From the NCBI GenBank assembly GCA_051747805.1, contig JBNJGP010000022.1, forward strand, positions 1 through 34,592: a DNA stretch of 34,592 bases, written 5' to 3'. This document shows positions 1 to 9,525 of the stretch, piece by piece. Numbering within the stretch: the first letter of the stretch is position 1; every line of letters begins with the position of its first letter. The stretch comes from Candidatus Muiribacteriota bacterium. GTDB lineage: Bacteria > Muiribacteriota > Muiribacteriia > Muiribacteriales > Muiribacteriaceae. The translations under genes were made by a program, and so were the position numbers. Under the pieces are notes generated by a model. The model worked only from the letters and a program-made list of their open reading frames with translations, had not been told where the DNA came from and ran no database searches.

Positions 1-1
1 T

Positions 2-313
2 TTTGATACAGATTATAAAAATCAATTTATGCTATTTACAGGGGACGCATTAGAAAAAACAAAAGAGAAAATTCCGGCTGCAATTCATGTTGACGGCTCA
101 TGCCGATATCAGACAGTTTCAGAAAATGACGGAATTTATTACAGGTTAATAAAGCAGTTTTATAAAAAAAGTGGAATTCCTCTAGTTATAAATACTTCTT
201 TTAACGATAATACCGAGCCAATAGTGTGCACTCCCGAAGATGCTTTAAACTGCTTTTTAAATACCGAAATCGATTATCTGGTGATTAATAACTTCTTGAT
301 TCACCCCAGCTAA
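2..313 (+). CDS. Carbamoyltransferase (NodU/CmcH family), C-terminal part; 5' end outside the window
   Basis: Frame open from base 2. Motifs IPAAIHVDGSCRYQTV and NTSFN..EPIVCTPEDA match the carbamoyltransferase C-terminal domain. Confidence 0.9.
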   Translation, partial: FDTDYKNQFMLFTGDALEKTKEKIPAAIHVDGSCRYQTVSENDGIYYRLIKQFYKKSGIPLVINTSFNDNTEPIVCTPEDALNCFLNTEIDYLVINNFLIHPS

Positions 314-1036
314 AATATGCTTTTTACTTTTTGAGCCATCAATCATGTCTTTAAGCTCAAGCTTTTCACCATCAGCATAGTTTACCGGGATATTTAACCC
401 CTCTAAAACTGCACAGGCACCGGCTAAATCCCAGATAGAAACAGGACATGAATAGGCCGCTATACCAGCCCCTTTGGCCAGAAATACCATATGAATCGCT
501 GTTGAGCCATAAGAACGAACTTTACCCTTAAACTCTGGACTTATATTCTTTGCCCCTTTTGAATCAATAAACACATTAAAATTTTTTTCATGGTTTTTTT
601 TATCTAATGAAAAGTTCACTAACTTTTTGTTATTTAAATATGAGCCAAAATCTTTCCCGCCCCAGTAAAACTCATTTATAACAGGAATATATACAAACCC
701 TAAATAAGGTTTATTATTTTTTAAAAGCCCCACGCTTACGCACCATCCAGGCAACTTGGAGGCAAACGAATGTGTTCCGTCAACAGGGTCTAATGCCCAT
801 AAATATTTGCTATTTGACTCAGAGTAATATTGACCGCTTTCTTCACCAATAATTTTTGCAGGAAAAATTTCTGTAAGATTTTTTATTAAAAATTTTTCAA
901 CTTTTTTATCAGCCTCTGTTACAACTGAATTATCAGCTTTAAGGTCATAAGAGGTGTTTTTAGAATAATAATAATCAAGGGCAATATCCCCAGCCCCAAA
1001 AACTATTTTCTTTATCTTATCAATATTTATATTCAT
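257..1036 (-). CDS. Inositol monophosphatase family protein (SuhB/CysQ-like)
   Basis: Motifs VTEADKKVE, IGEE, WALDPVDGTHSF, WDLAG. Confidence 0.92.
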   Translation of the reverse strand: MNINIDKIKKIVFGAGDIALDYYYSKNTSYDLKADNSVVTEADKKVEKFLIKNLTEIFPAKIIGEESGQYYSESNSKYLWALDPVDGTHSFASKLPGWCVSVGLLKNNKPYLGFVYIPVINEFYWGGKDFGSYLNNKKLVNFSLDKKNHEKNFNVFIDSKGAKNISPEFKGKVRSYGSTAIHMVFLAKGAGIAAYSCPVSIWDLAGACAVLEGLNIPVNYADGEKLELKDMIDGSKSKKHILAGVNQEVINHQIIDFGI

Positions 1037-1047
1037 AATTTTAAGCT

Positions 1048-2463
1048 TTAAAAAACAAATTTTCTATAAATTGGATCATCTGCATCTCTTGGCAGTTCAT
1101 AATCCTGATCAGTTTTATCTGGCAGTATTTCATTATTTGCCTTTGTGATTGCATTTTCTATATTCATGCCCATATTCATCCATCTGGCAACCTGCTCTGC
1201 CCTTTTTCTGTTAACAAACCCGCCAGATTTAACTTTATCCTTTAGCCAGTCTTTTTTATCCACTGTTTCCATAAGAATCTTTTTTGTTTCAACCGCCGAA
1301 AGCTGAGGACGAATATAAATAACTTCTGCCGCAACATTAGTTACATAAGGAGCAGACATTGAAGTTCCTGACATATGCCCCATCTGATTATTAGGATAAG
1401 TATCATAAATTAAAGTTCCGGGGGCAGCTATATCAACTTTTTCAACCCCATAACAGGAAAAAGGAGCTAAAACAGCATTAAAAGCAGTGGCCGCAACAAC
1501 CAGCTTATTATCTATGCTCATATCATTTGGACTAACAATAATTCCATCATTATTTTCAGCAGAATTACCGGCAGCAATGACAATTAAAGCATTTGGCACT
1601 TTTGAATACATCTCTTGGGCCGGAGGAATACTTGCATGCTCAACATATAAATTAACTACAGATTGAACTTCTGAAGTATCCAGATCAGCATAGCCCATAC
1701 CTTCTAAAGCCTGCCTGAATCCTGCTAAAAGATTCGGATTATCAGTTCCATATGAGGCATTAATAACCCTTGGATTTAAAAATTCTATATAATCCCTTCT
1801 TGGGTGCATCGCCTCTTTAGCGGCCTCACCTTCATCTTTAAACTGATTTTTTAAACTCTCTAAAACTTCCTCATCTATTTGATTCCCTCTAAAAACTTCT
1901 TTATTTCTCAGTTTAATATTCCACATAAGTTCCTCAATTTTTTCGCGTGGAGGATTAGAGGTTGTAATATGTTTAATTCCCTTCATTTTTATCCCGTCTG
2001 AACCTCTGCCCGCTATTCCGGCACAATGAGTTCCATGAGCCCAGCCTCCAACAAAATTAACCCATCCCAGGAAATCCTGATCATTAAATTTTGTTATAAT
2101 AAAATTAATGTCCTGCTCAGATAACTGATCTGGGAAATAGCTGTACATATCCATTAAAAATAAAAATTTTAAAACATCTTCATATTCAGGCGGGGTGTGG
2201 GATAAATCTACCTGAACAGAAGAATTATCTACAAAATTCCAACCATAAACATCATCAGAAAAACCACTTCCGTTATTATCTTCACCAGAGTTTCCATTAA
2301 GCTCAAGCTCACATGCGTCAGCAACAGGAGCAAGTTCAGTATGAGAAAAATCTGTTCCCGAATCAACAATTAAAACACTTACCTCGCCCTTTGAAGCAAT
2401 GCTGTCAGGAAAAATCAATGTAGAAATCATAAAAAAGGTAAATAAAATAATTGTTTTTTTCAT
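1048..2463 (-). CDS. Secreted S8 (subtilisin-like) serine peptidase
   Basis: Signal peptide. Catalytic triad VDSG / HGTHCAG / SGTSMSAP, oxyanion AAGN, and DDVYGWNF. Confidence 0.93.
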   Translation of the reverse strand: MKKTIILFTFFMISTLIFPDSIASKGEVSVLIVDSGTDFSHTELAPVADACELELNGNSGEDNNGSGFSDDVYGWNFVDNSSVQVDLSHTPPEYEDVLKFLFLMDMYSYFPDQLSEQDINFIITKFNDQDFLGWVNFVGGWAHGTHCAGIAGRGSDGIKMKGIKHITTSNPPREKIEELMWNIKLRNKEVFRGNQIDEEVLESLKNQFKDEGEAAKEAMHPRRDYIEFLNPRVINASYGTDNPNLLAGFRQALEGMGYADLDTSEVQSVVNLYVEHASIPPAQEMYSKVPNALIVIAAGNSAENNDGIIVSPNDMSIDNKLVVAATAFNAVLAPFSCYGVEKVDIAAPGTLIYDTYPNNQMGHMSGTSMSAPYVTNVAAEVIYIRPQLSAVETKKILMETVDKKDWLKDKVKSGGFVNRKRAEQVARWMNMGMNIENAITKANNEILPDKTDQDYELPRDADDPIYRKFVF

Positions 2464-2530
2464 AGATTAATTATATCACATTTTTGACCGGTGGACAACT
2501 AAAATTTTGAACTTGGGTTTTAAAAACTCT

Positions 2531-3955
2531 TTATTTCATCCATAATAGCTTAATACCCGCTTTTGCTTTTCTGAAAAACTCTGAAGGTGAACTAACTGAA
2601 AGTATTCTTTTTAAAATATATCCAGGGCGCATATAAAATCTCTTATAGGCTCCCTTGATTAAATTATGAAGTTTCTCATCTTCCATTTCCCTGTTCCAGT
2701 GTGGAGCAACAAAATTCTTCTGGGGATTTTCTGCAAATTCTTTCCATACATCTTTTTCTATAACTCCTTCTTTCAGAGCTCTTTCATAAAGCGGAGTATC
2801 AGGGAAAGGAGTCGTAATTGTTATATGGACATAATCAGGGTCAAGTTTTATTGCAAAATCAATCGTTTTGAGTACATCAGCCTCGCTTTCTTCTGGTGAC
2901 CCAATCATAAAATAAGCAAGTGTAGATATTCCAGCCTCTTTTGTCTGTCGGAAAACCCTTAATGCCTGATCAAGTGAAATTTCTTTATTTAAAACTTTTA
3001 ATATTTTTTCAGTACCCGACTCAACACCATAATGAATTCTTTCACAACCAGCCTCTTTTAATAACTGAAGCATTTCCATATCAACAGTATTCACACGCGC
3101 TCTGATGTCAAATCCAATACTTTTATTTAATCCTTCGTTTATTAAAAGCTCACATATTTTTAATACTCGTTTTTTATCCACTGTAAAAGTATCATCATAA
3201 ATAAGAAATTCTTTTATCCCCATGCTATAACAATGCTTGATTTCCTCTACAACACTTTTAGCACTACGCGCTCTGAATTTTTTACCTAAATGTGGTCGAT
3301 TGCAGAATAAACATTTATATGGACATCCTCTACTTGTAAACATAGTTGTAATTGGACTTCTCTTTGCAATTACAGAATTATATTTTTTATATGGAACAGC
3401 ATTTCTTAAAGGCATGGGTAGCTCATCCAGGTTCTCAATAAGTTCTGCCGGAGGATTAATTACAGGATTATTATTATCATCTAAATAGCCGGCTCCTGCA
3501 ACATCTTTTAATTTATCCTTTCCACTATAAACAGCCTTAAAAAATTGAGGCGAAATTTTTTCCCCTTCGCCAATTAAAATTGCATCAACCCAGGGTAGTT
3601 TAAGAGTTTCTTTTGGGTAAATATAAATATGGGGGCCTCCAAGAACCACCTTTGTCTTAGAATTTATTTCTTTCACCATCAATGCCGTTTTTTTAACATC
3701 AAAAATCGTAAAGGTCATAAGAGTCATTCCTACAATATCCGGTGACTCTTCCTTAATTCTCTGCTTTAACTCATCATATGTTAATTCTTCTACCTGAGCA
3801 TCTATTACTTTTACATTAATATTATCGTTTTTCAGTGCAGCCGCAACGTATAAAAGACCAAGTGGAGGACTGTAACCACGTTCCTCTTCAAGTATTTTAG
3901 GATTATTTGCAAAAATAGTATTTTTATCTGGTTGATTGATCAGTAGTACTTTCAA
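2531..3955 (-). CDS. B12-binding radical SAM protein (class B methylase-like)
   Basis: PPLGLLYVAA and VVLGGPH (B12 domain). SRGCPYKCLFC is the CxxxCxxC motif. DDTF and GVESG present. TTG start overlaps the upstream TGA stop. Confidence 0.92.
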   Translation of the reverse strand: MKVLLINQPDKNTIFANNPKILEEERGYSPPLGLLYVAAALKNDNINVKVIDAQVEELTYDELKQRIKEESPDIVGMTLMTFTIFDVKKTALMVKEINSKTKVVLGGPHIYIYPKETLKLPWVDAILIGEGEKISPQFFKAVYSGKDKLKDVAGAGYLDDNNNPVINPPAELIENLDELPMPLRNAVPYKKYNSVIAKRSPITTMFTSRGCPYKCLFCNRPHLGKKFRARSAKSVVEEIKHCYSMGIKEFLIYDDTFTVDKKRVLKICELLINEGLNKSIGFDIRARVNTVDMEMLQLLKEAGCERIHYGVESGTEKILKVLNKEISLDQALRVFRQTKEAGISTLAYFMIGSPEESEADVLKTIDFAIKLDPDYVHITITTPFPDTPLYERALKEGVIEKDVWKEFAENPQKNFVAPHWNREMEDEKLHNLIKGAYKRFYMRPGYILKRILSVSSPSEFFRKAKAGIKLLWMK

Positions 3956-4827
3956 TTATTACCACCCTTTCTTTTTACAATTAAATCTGCAACAAGACCA
4001 AGACAAAATATCTGCACAGAGGTTAAAAGAAGAACAACTGTTGAAATATCCATTATATTGTCAGTGTAAAAATAAGAATAACCAAAAACCACGAAGCCTG
4101 ATAAAAATATAAAAAATGAAAGAGGAAGAAATATTTTTAATGGATTAAAATAAAAAACAGTTCTGAAAATTAAATTAAAAAAGTTTATTGTATCTTTTAC
4201 AGGATGAATTTTTGATTTACCATCTCTTTTAGCATAATCTATGGGGAGATATTCTACTTCCTGTTTTTCAGAAAACATTGCAAGGGTAATTGTGGAAGTA
4301 AAAGAAAAACCATCTGGCAAAATATTATAATAGGTTAAGGCAATTTTTTTATTAAAAATTCTAAAGCCTGAGTTTAAATCGGGAATTTTAAATCCTGATA
4401 CATAGTTTGCAAAAAGAGAAATTACTTTTTTAGCAGGTCTGCGGATCAATGGAATATGTTTTTTGTTTCTTTGACCAACAAGCATATCAAGGTTATTTTC
4501 AAAATAATACTGTGCAAATTCACCCATTCTACTATTTGGATATGTGCCATCTGCATCAGTAATAAATATAGTTTCAAACTTACAAAATCGGATTCCTTTT
4601 TTAAGGGAATATCCATATCCGTGATTTCTTTTATTATGTATAATTTTGACTCTTCTGCTCATTTTGCTATTAATCAGAATATCTCCGGTACCGTCTACAC
4701 TGCCATCATTTACAACAAAAATTTCAAATTCAAATTCTGATTCTTTCAGATTGTTTTCAATCTCTTCTATTGTTTTAACTATAGAATCCTTCTCATTATA
4801 TACTGGTATTATTATTGAAAATTTCAT
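3952..4827 (-). CDS. GT2 glycosyltransferase (polyprenol-phosphate glycosyltransferase-like) with C-terminal TM helices
   Basis: SIIIPVYNE, VNDGSVDGT, TDADGTY, DLNSGFR. Two C-terminal hydrophobic segments. Start at 4827 (MKFSII) preferred over 4863. Confidence 0.9.
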   Translation of the reverse strand: MKFSIIIPVYNEKDSIVKTIEEIENNLKESEFEFEIFVVNDGSVDGTGDILINSKMSRRVKIIHNKRNHGYGYSLKKGIRFCKFETIFITDADGTYPNSRMGEFAQYYFENNLDMLVGQRNKKHIPLIRRPAKKVISLFANYVSGFKIPDLNSGFRIFNKKIALTYYNILPDGFSFTSTITLAMFSEKQEVEYLPIDYAKRDGKSKIHPVKDTINFFNLIFRTVFYFNPLKIFLPLSFFIFLSGFVVFGYSYFYTDNIMDISTVVLLLTSVQIFCLGLVADLIVKRKGGNN

Positions 4828-4983
4828 AGTTTTTATTTTGCCATTAATATAATTAAATGTCAATGAATTTTATTATAACTTAACATCTAGGGCGTTGGTA
4901 TTTTTAAATAGAGACAGAATTTTTTTAATATTAGTGTGAAGATTATCCGATAATTTAAGTGTAAAACAATAAAGGGGAAAAAA

Positions 4984-5280
4984 ATGACAGAAAAAGAAAT
5001 TTTATCGGAATTTATTGACACTTTAAAAGAAAAATTAAAAAAAGTTGATTCTATTTTAAATTCCCCGGACGAATTAACTGAAGATGAAATTACCACATTA
5101 AAAAAAGTTTTTCACGCACTTAAAGGAAACCTGGTTGCTCTTCATTACAAAAAAGATTTTGTTAATGAATATGGAGAAAAAATTCACTCCCTTCTTTTAA
5201 AAAAAGAAAGTGCAAAAAAAGAAAAAATAAAACCTATTTATAATGAATTCATTAAAAAAGTCCAGAAAGAATTATTATAA
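4984..5280 (+). CDS. Stand-alone Hpt (histidine phosphotransfer)-like small protein
   Basis: 98 aa, helical, with VFHALKG matching HxLKG. GGGG RBS upstream. Confidence 0.65.
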   Translation: MTEKEILSEFIDTLKEKLKKVDSILNSPDELTEDEITTLKKVFHALKGNLVALHYKKDFVNEYGEKIHSLLLKKESAKKEKIKPIYNEFIKKVQKELL

Positions 5281-5298
5281 TCAACGGGGGGCTAAATA

Positions 5299-5814
5299 AT
5301 GTTTAAAGTCGGCGATATAGTTGCACATCCATTGCATGGCGCCGGAATTATTGACGGATTGGAAACTAAGAAAGTGCTTTCAAGATTAAACAAATTTTTT
5401 ATTTTAAATCTGATTGACCCAGCCATGGATAAATTGTTTATTCCTGTAAACATGGCCCAAAATTCAGGGCTTCGATATATTGGTAACCTTGAAATCGTGG
5501 GAGAAGTTGAAGAATTTTTAAAAGAAAAATTTGTTCTTGAAATCAAAAATGGTTGGAAAGAACAATTTAAAAATCAGGAGAAAAAAGTTAATTCTGGAGA
5601 TTTACTCATGGTTGCAGAAGCTTATAAATTTTTATTCCATAAAAACATGCGCAAAAAACTGGGAGCAACAGACCGGGGTCTCATGAAAAAAGCTCTGCAT
5701 ATTTTAAGCAGTGAACTCCACTTTATTATGGGAAAAAAATTTATATTAACTAAAGAAACTGTTGAAACCTGGGTAAGATGTTCATATGATGAGCCTGAAT
5801 CTGAAGTAGCTTAA
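5299..5814 (+). CDS. carD: CarD/CdnL-family transcription regulator
   Basis: MFKVGDIVAHPLHGAGII (RNAP-interacting domain), FIPV, conserved Trp (NGWKEQ), SGD. Confidence 0.88.
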   Translation: MFKVGDIVAHPLHGAGIIDGLETKKVLSRLNKFFILNLIDPAMDKLFIPVNMAQNSGLRYIGNLEIVGEVEEFLKEKFVLEIKNGWKEQFKNQEKKVNSGDLLMVAEAYKFLFHKNMRKKLGATDRGLMKKALHILSSELHFIMGKKFILTKETVETWVRCSYDEPESEVA

Positions 5815-5835
5815 AAAATACAACTGTTAAGTAAA

Positions 5836-5870
5836 AAAAAAGGCCGAACTTTAAAAGTTCGGCCTTTTTT
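5836..5870. terminator. Bidirectional intrinsic terminator
   Basis: AAAAAA-GGCCGAACTTT-A-AAAGTTCGGCC-TTTTTT between convergent genes. Confidence 0.9.
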
Positions 5871-5880
5871 ATATTAAAAG

Positions 5881-7356
5881 TTATTTTGCAATTATTGAAA
5901 GTAATCCTGAAAATGGTGCTTTATCAGGTAGAGTTTCATACATTCCACGAATATCTTCTACTTCAATAAAGTAAAAAATTTCAGTTCCTCTTTCCTGTCC
6001 GGGAATAACAGCCATATATGAATCGTCAACAGAAACAGCAGAAGCTTCCATAAAAGGTCCCGCTTGATCAGTAGCCCAGTGAACTGTTACTTTTTCAGGA
6101 TTAATTTTTTTAGCACTTTCTACATCAAACTCAACATAAATATCTTCGCCAGCTCTAACATTATCAATATCATGAGCCCTGATATTTATAGGGTCGGACA
6201 TAACAAGTTTAGTTATACAATGAATTGCACCATTTGCTCCAATTATGTTACTAGAATCAAAGCCTCTAACATCATAACCAGGTAGATTTTCTCTGTAAAT
6301 ATCAAGAGCTTCTTCATCCATATCAAAGCCATAAACTGGAACAAGAACTTTATCGTTAACAATTAAAGAGTTGGTATAGGAATATGAGGTTCCTGTATAT
6401 TTAGGCATTGGTATTCTAACAACATTAAATGATTCACCATTACCATTTGTTTCATTTGCAAGAAGTTCAGCATTTCTATTTAGAATATCATAGTTATCTT
6501 CCGCACCATCAGAAGGAGAAGCATATTCCCCAACCAAAATAGTTTTATCATTTAAAAGTTTTGAAAACATATCAACGTGTCCTGTGCCATCTCTTTTCAT
6601 CTGTTCAAGAATAATAACTTTATCTACATTGAATAATTCATCCATATACTTTTCAAGTTCGGCAACTGACATATTTGGCATTCCCCCCTGAGAAGGATCA
6701 AACACAACATCAGTCATAATTGCAACACCGTTTCCATCAAGCATAAAATTACCACCTGCCATAATAAGGTCTGTTTCATAATGTCCAACATCAAGAACCT
6801 CTGCCATTTTTGCAGGTAATTTATCATCATTTGGTCTTGGTCTGTTATATTTAAAGTCAATAACTTCTCTATTTCCATCTTCTGTATAAATCCACCATGG
6901 ACCGAAATCACGAATCCATACAGAGTCCAGTACATAGTCAATTGTATTAACATTATCCATATTAACACCATAACTTTGTAGCTCGCTTTCAACTTCTGAA
7001 ACTGAGCTTCCGCCCCACCAGCTTCCTGATGAACCAGCAATAACCCATACCTGATAATCTTCGGCAACAAATTTTATAAGTTTTTTTAAAAGAGTTGTAT
7101 ATCCTTTCCATGAGAAAATAACACCATCTGAAGGTTCAAATTCAGCAGGTCCGTAAAAATCACCCTGTGGTAATCTGAAAGCACTTCTATCCCGAATAGT
7201 TTTACTTTGAAGATATTCTTCGTAATTATTCGAAATATAATCTCTTTCTGCGTCAGTTAAAGATTTAGGTAAAACATTATCCTCAACAGCAAAAGAAGAC
7301 GAAAAACATACTGCAATGATTAAGAGTATTAAAAAACTCTTTCTGAATTGAAACAT
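5881..7356 (-). CDS. Secreted agmatine/peptidyl-arginine deiminase family protein with C-terminal beta-rich domain
   Basis: Signal peptide. PAEFE, WIRDFGP, GGN, GHVD, YTNS and GAIHCIT (catalytic Cys). AGGAGGT RBS. Confidence 0.9.
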   Translation of the reverse strand: MFQFRKSFLILLIIAVCFSSSFAVEDNVLPKSLTDAERDYISNNYEEYLQSKTIRDRSAFRLPQGDFYGPAEFEPSDGVIFSWKGYTTLLKKLIKFVAEDYQVWVIAGSSGSWWGGSSVSEVESELQSYGVNMDNVNTIDYVLDSVWIRDFGPWWIYTEDGNREVIDFKYNRPRPNDDKLPAKMAEVLDVGHYETDLIMAGGNFMLDGNGVAIMTDVVFDPSQGGMPNMSVAELEKYMDELFNVDKVIILEQMKRDGTGHVDMFSKLLNDKTILVGEYASPSDGAEDNYDILNRNAELLANETNGNGESFNVVRIPMPKYTGTSYSYTNSLIVNDKVLVPVYGFDMDEEALDIYRENLPGYDVRGFDSSNIIGANGAIHCITKLVMSDPINIRAHDIDNVRAGEDIYVEFDVESAKKINPEKVTVHWATDQAGPFMEASAVSVDDSYMAVIPGQERGTEIFYFIEVEDIRGMYETLPDKAPFSGLLSIIAK

Positions 7357-7516
7357 TATACTACCTCCTACATACTTAATTGATTTGATTTAATTATAAT
7401 AGATAAAGTTGTAGATTACAACGTCTTTTTCCTGTTTTTTTACATTAATATTTTTATATGCTAAAATCAATACAGGTTTAAATATACTCTCTAATCATTA
7501 AAAAAGAGGTGAAAAA

Positions 7517-7909
7517 ATGGAATTAAAAAACAAAGCCGAAAACTTTTTAAAAGAAAAAAACATACCTGTAGTTGGGGCAAGCTCTAAAAAAGAAAAATGG
7601 GGTTATAAAATTTTTAAAAAACTCCAAAATAAAAATTTTAACCCAATACCTGTTCATCCAGCAATTAAAGAAATTGACACTAAAAAAGTTTATTCAAATC
7701 TTAACGATATACCTGAAGAATTCAAAAGCGTGCTACTTGTTGTAAATCCTCAGACAGGTATTAAATTAGTTCCTGAATTAGTTGAATTAAATGTTGAAAA
7801 TGTTTGGCTTCAGCCTGGTGCCTCAAATATCCAGCTGATTAACGAACTTGAAAAAAACAATATAAATGTAATTCACGATTATTGTATTCTGGTGCATCTG
7901 TCAAGTTGA
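7517..7909 (+). CDS. CoA-binding protein (YccU-like)
   Basis: VVGASSKKEKWG, PVHP, VWLQPG, terminal CILV. Confidence 0.9.
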   Translation: MELKNKAENFLKEKNIPVVGASSKKEKWGYKIFKKLQNKNFNPIPVHPAIKEIDTKKVYSNLNDIPEEFKSVLLVVNPQTGIKLVPELVELNVENVWLQPGASNIQLINELEKNNINVIHDYCILVHLSS

Positions 7910-7914
7910 TATTT

Positions 7915-9282
7915 TTATCTTTTAAGTAAATCACCTTTTTTCTTTAAAAGGCGATTATTTTCAACAACAGGTTCGCCACGCAGATAAACAGTTTCAATAG
8001 CTCCCTTAAAGGTTCTGCCGTCAAAAGGGCTGAACTTTCCGATACTTTCAAATTTTGAAGAATCAACTACCCACTCTTTATCAGTATCTACAAGAACAAA
8101 ATCAGCATCTGCTCCGGGCAAAAGACTTCCTTTCCGGGGATACAAACCAAAAAGTCGCGCCTGATTCTGACAACAGATTTTCAATAAATTATTCAAGCTG
8201 ATTTTATTAGAAAGATATCCCTCTGAAATAATAAAAGGATAAACAGTTTCAACCCCAGGAATACCACTATAATCATCCCATATGCTGCCAGTGTCTTTAT
8301 TCCCCTCAAATCTGCATGGAGCATGATCTGTAGTTAAAAATGAAATTAAATTATTATTTAAATATTTCCATAAATTTTTCGAATCCTCTGGAGTTTTTAC
8401 AACTGGAGCAGTTTTTAAAATTGCCCCTTTATTTTCAAAATCTCTGAAATTAAATTCAAGAAAATGAGGACATGTTTCACAGCTTAAATGGGCTCCATTA
8501 TTATTCCAGTCTTCAATGAGTTTAACTCCGGATGCAGTACTTATATGAACAATATGAACAGTTGCGCCAGTTAATAAAGAAAGATATCCAACAGTATTAA
8601 TAGCCATCAGCTCAGATTCTTCAGGTCTGGAATTATAATAATGAATAGGTTTATTTTTGTTTTCTTTCATAAATTTTTTCTGAAGAGAATTAATAATAGT
8701 TGGTTCTTCAGCATGCACCAATACAGGAATTCGTTTATGAGCAGCCGCCCGCATAGTTTTAATAAGCTCATCATTATTTAACTCTTTGAAAGTTTCCATA
8801 CCTGATTTTGTATAAACTTTTAAAGCAGTAATTCCAGCCGAAGATAAATCAGAAAGGGCGGAAAATATATTAAAATCTTCTTTTTCAAAAAGGTTGCCGG
8901 AAACACCTCCATGGAAAGCATAATCACACCAGGCCTGGTTTTTAACGTATTTAAGCTTATTTTCATAACTTTCGCTGTCAACAACAGGCGGAAGCGAAGT
9001 GCACGGCATATCAATAATAGAAGTAACACCGCCTTTTATTGCCCCGCGGGAACCATTTTCGAATGTTTCCCTTTCTTCAAAACCTGGAGTATTAAAATGA
9101 ACATGTGGGTCAATAAATCCAGGAAGAAGCAGTTTACCCCCGCCATCTACAACCTCACCATCTATTTTTAGTTCAATATCAGTTCCGTGAATAAATGATT
9201 TAATTTTATCATCAAAAACAACACTGCCTAAAGTTTCTTTACCCTGAAATGGAAATCTGATATTTTTAATAATTTTAAACAT
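7915..9282 (-). CDS. allB: Cyclic amidohydrolase, allantoinase-like (AllB/dihydroorotase family)
   Basis: PGFIDPHVHFNTPG, GGVTSIIDMP, carbamylatable Lys (LKVY), HAE, HIVHIS, ETCPH, TDHAP. An xdh operon lies nearby. Confidence 0.7.
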   Translation of the reverse strand: MFKIIKNIRFPFQGKETLGSVVFDDKIKSFIHGTDIELKIDGEVVDGGGKLLLPGFIDPHVHFNTPGFEERETFENGSRGAIKGGVTSIIDMPCTSLPPVVDSESYENKLKYVKNQAWCDYAFHGGVSGNLFEKEDFNIFSALSDLSSAGITALKVYTKSGMETFKELNNDELIKTMRAAAHKRIPVLVHAEEPTIINSLQKKFMKENKNKPIHYYNSRPEESELMAINTVGYLSLLTGATVHIVHISTASGVKLIEDWNNNGAHLSCETCPHFLEFNFRDFENKGAILKTAPVVKTPEDSKNLWKYLNNNLISFLTTDHAPCRFEGNKDTGSIWDDYSGIPGVETVYPFIISEGYLSNKISLNNLLKICCQNQARLFGLYPRKGSLLPGADADFVLVDTDKEWVVDSSKFESIGKFSPFDGRTFKGAIETVYLRGEPVVENNRLLKKKGDLLKR

Positions 9283-9350
9283 AAATAAAAACTCCCCTTT
9301 GGTTTTTTTAATAATACAAAATAAACCCGTCTAGGTCAAACAAAAACATG

Positions 9351-9524
9351 GGGGTCAGGTCTCCGGATTTCGCATTTCATACAACTATATATTATTTTTT
9401 GAATTATAAATATATAATATAAACTAAATATCATTTAAAAAAATAAAAAAAACTTTTTTTACAAGTAAATTAATCTTTTTAATTCATTTAAAACACGATT
9501 TGCGAATTCCGGAGACCTGACCCC
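9351..9524. repeat. Inverted-repeat element copy 1 (MITE/REPIN-like, 174 bp)
   Basis: Arms GGGGTCAGGTCTCCGGATTTCGCA (9351-9374) and TGCGAATTCCGGAGACCTGACCCC (9501-9524) are 23/24 complementary. Core very AT-rich. Second copy at 20073-20252. Confidence 0.9.
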
Positions 9525-9525
9525 T

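Noticed and set aside
9403..9431. Sigma70 promoter inside element copy 1 pointing at allB (TATAAT on the minus strand at 9403-9408)
   Set aside because: No credible -35 box, and TATAAT is expected by chance in such AT-rich DNA.
9351..9524. Tn3-family MITE (GGGG termini)
   Set aside because: Arms are 24 bp rather than ~38 bp, and neither copy has a 5-bp target duplication.
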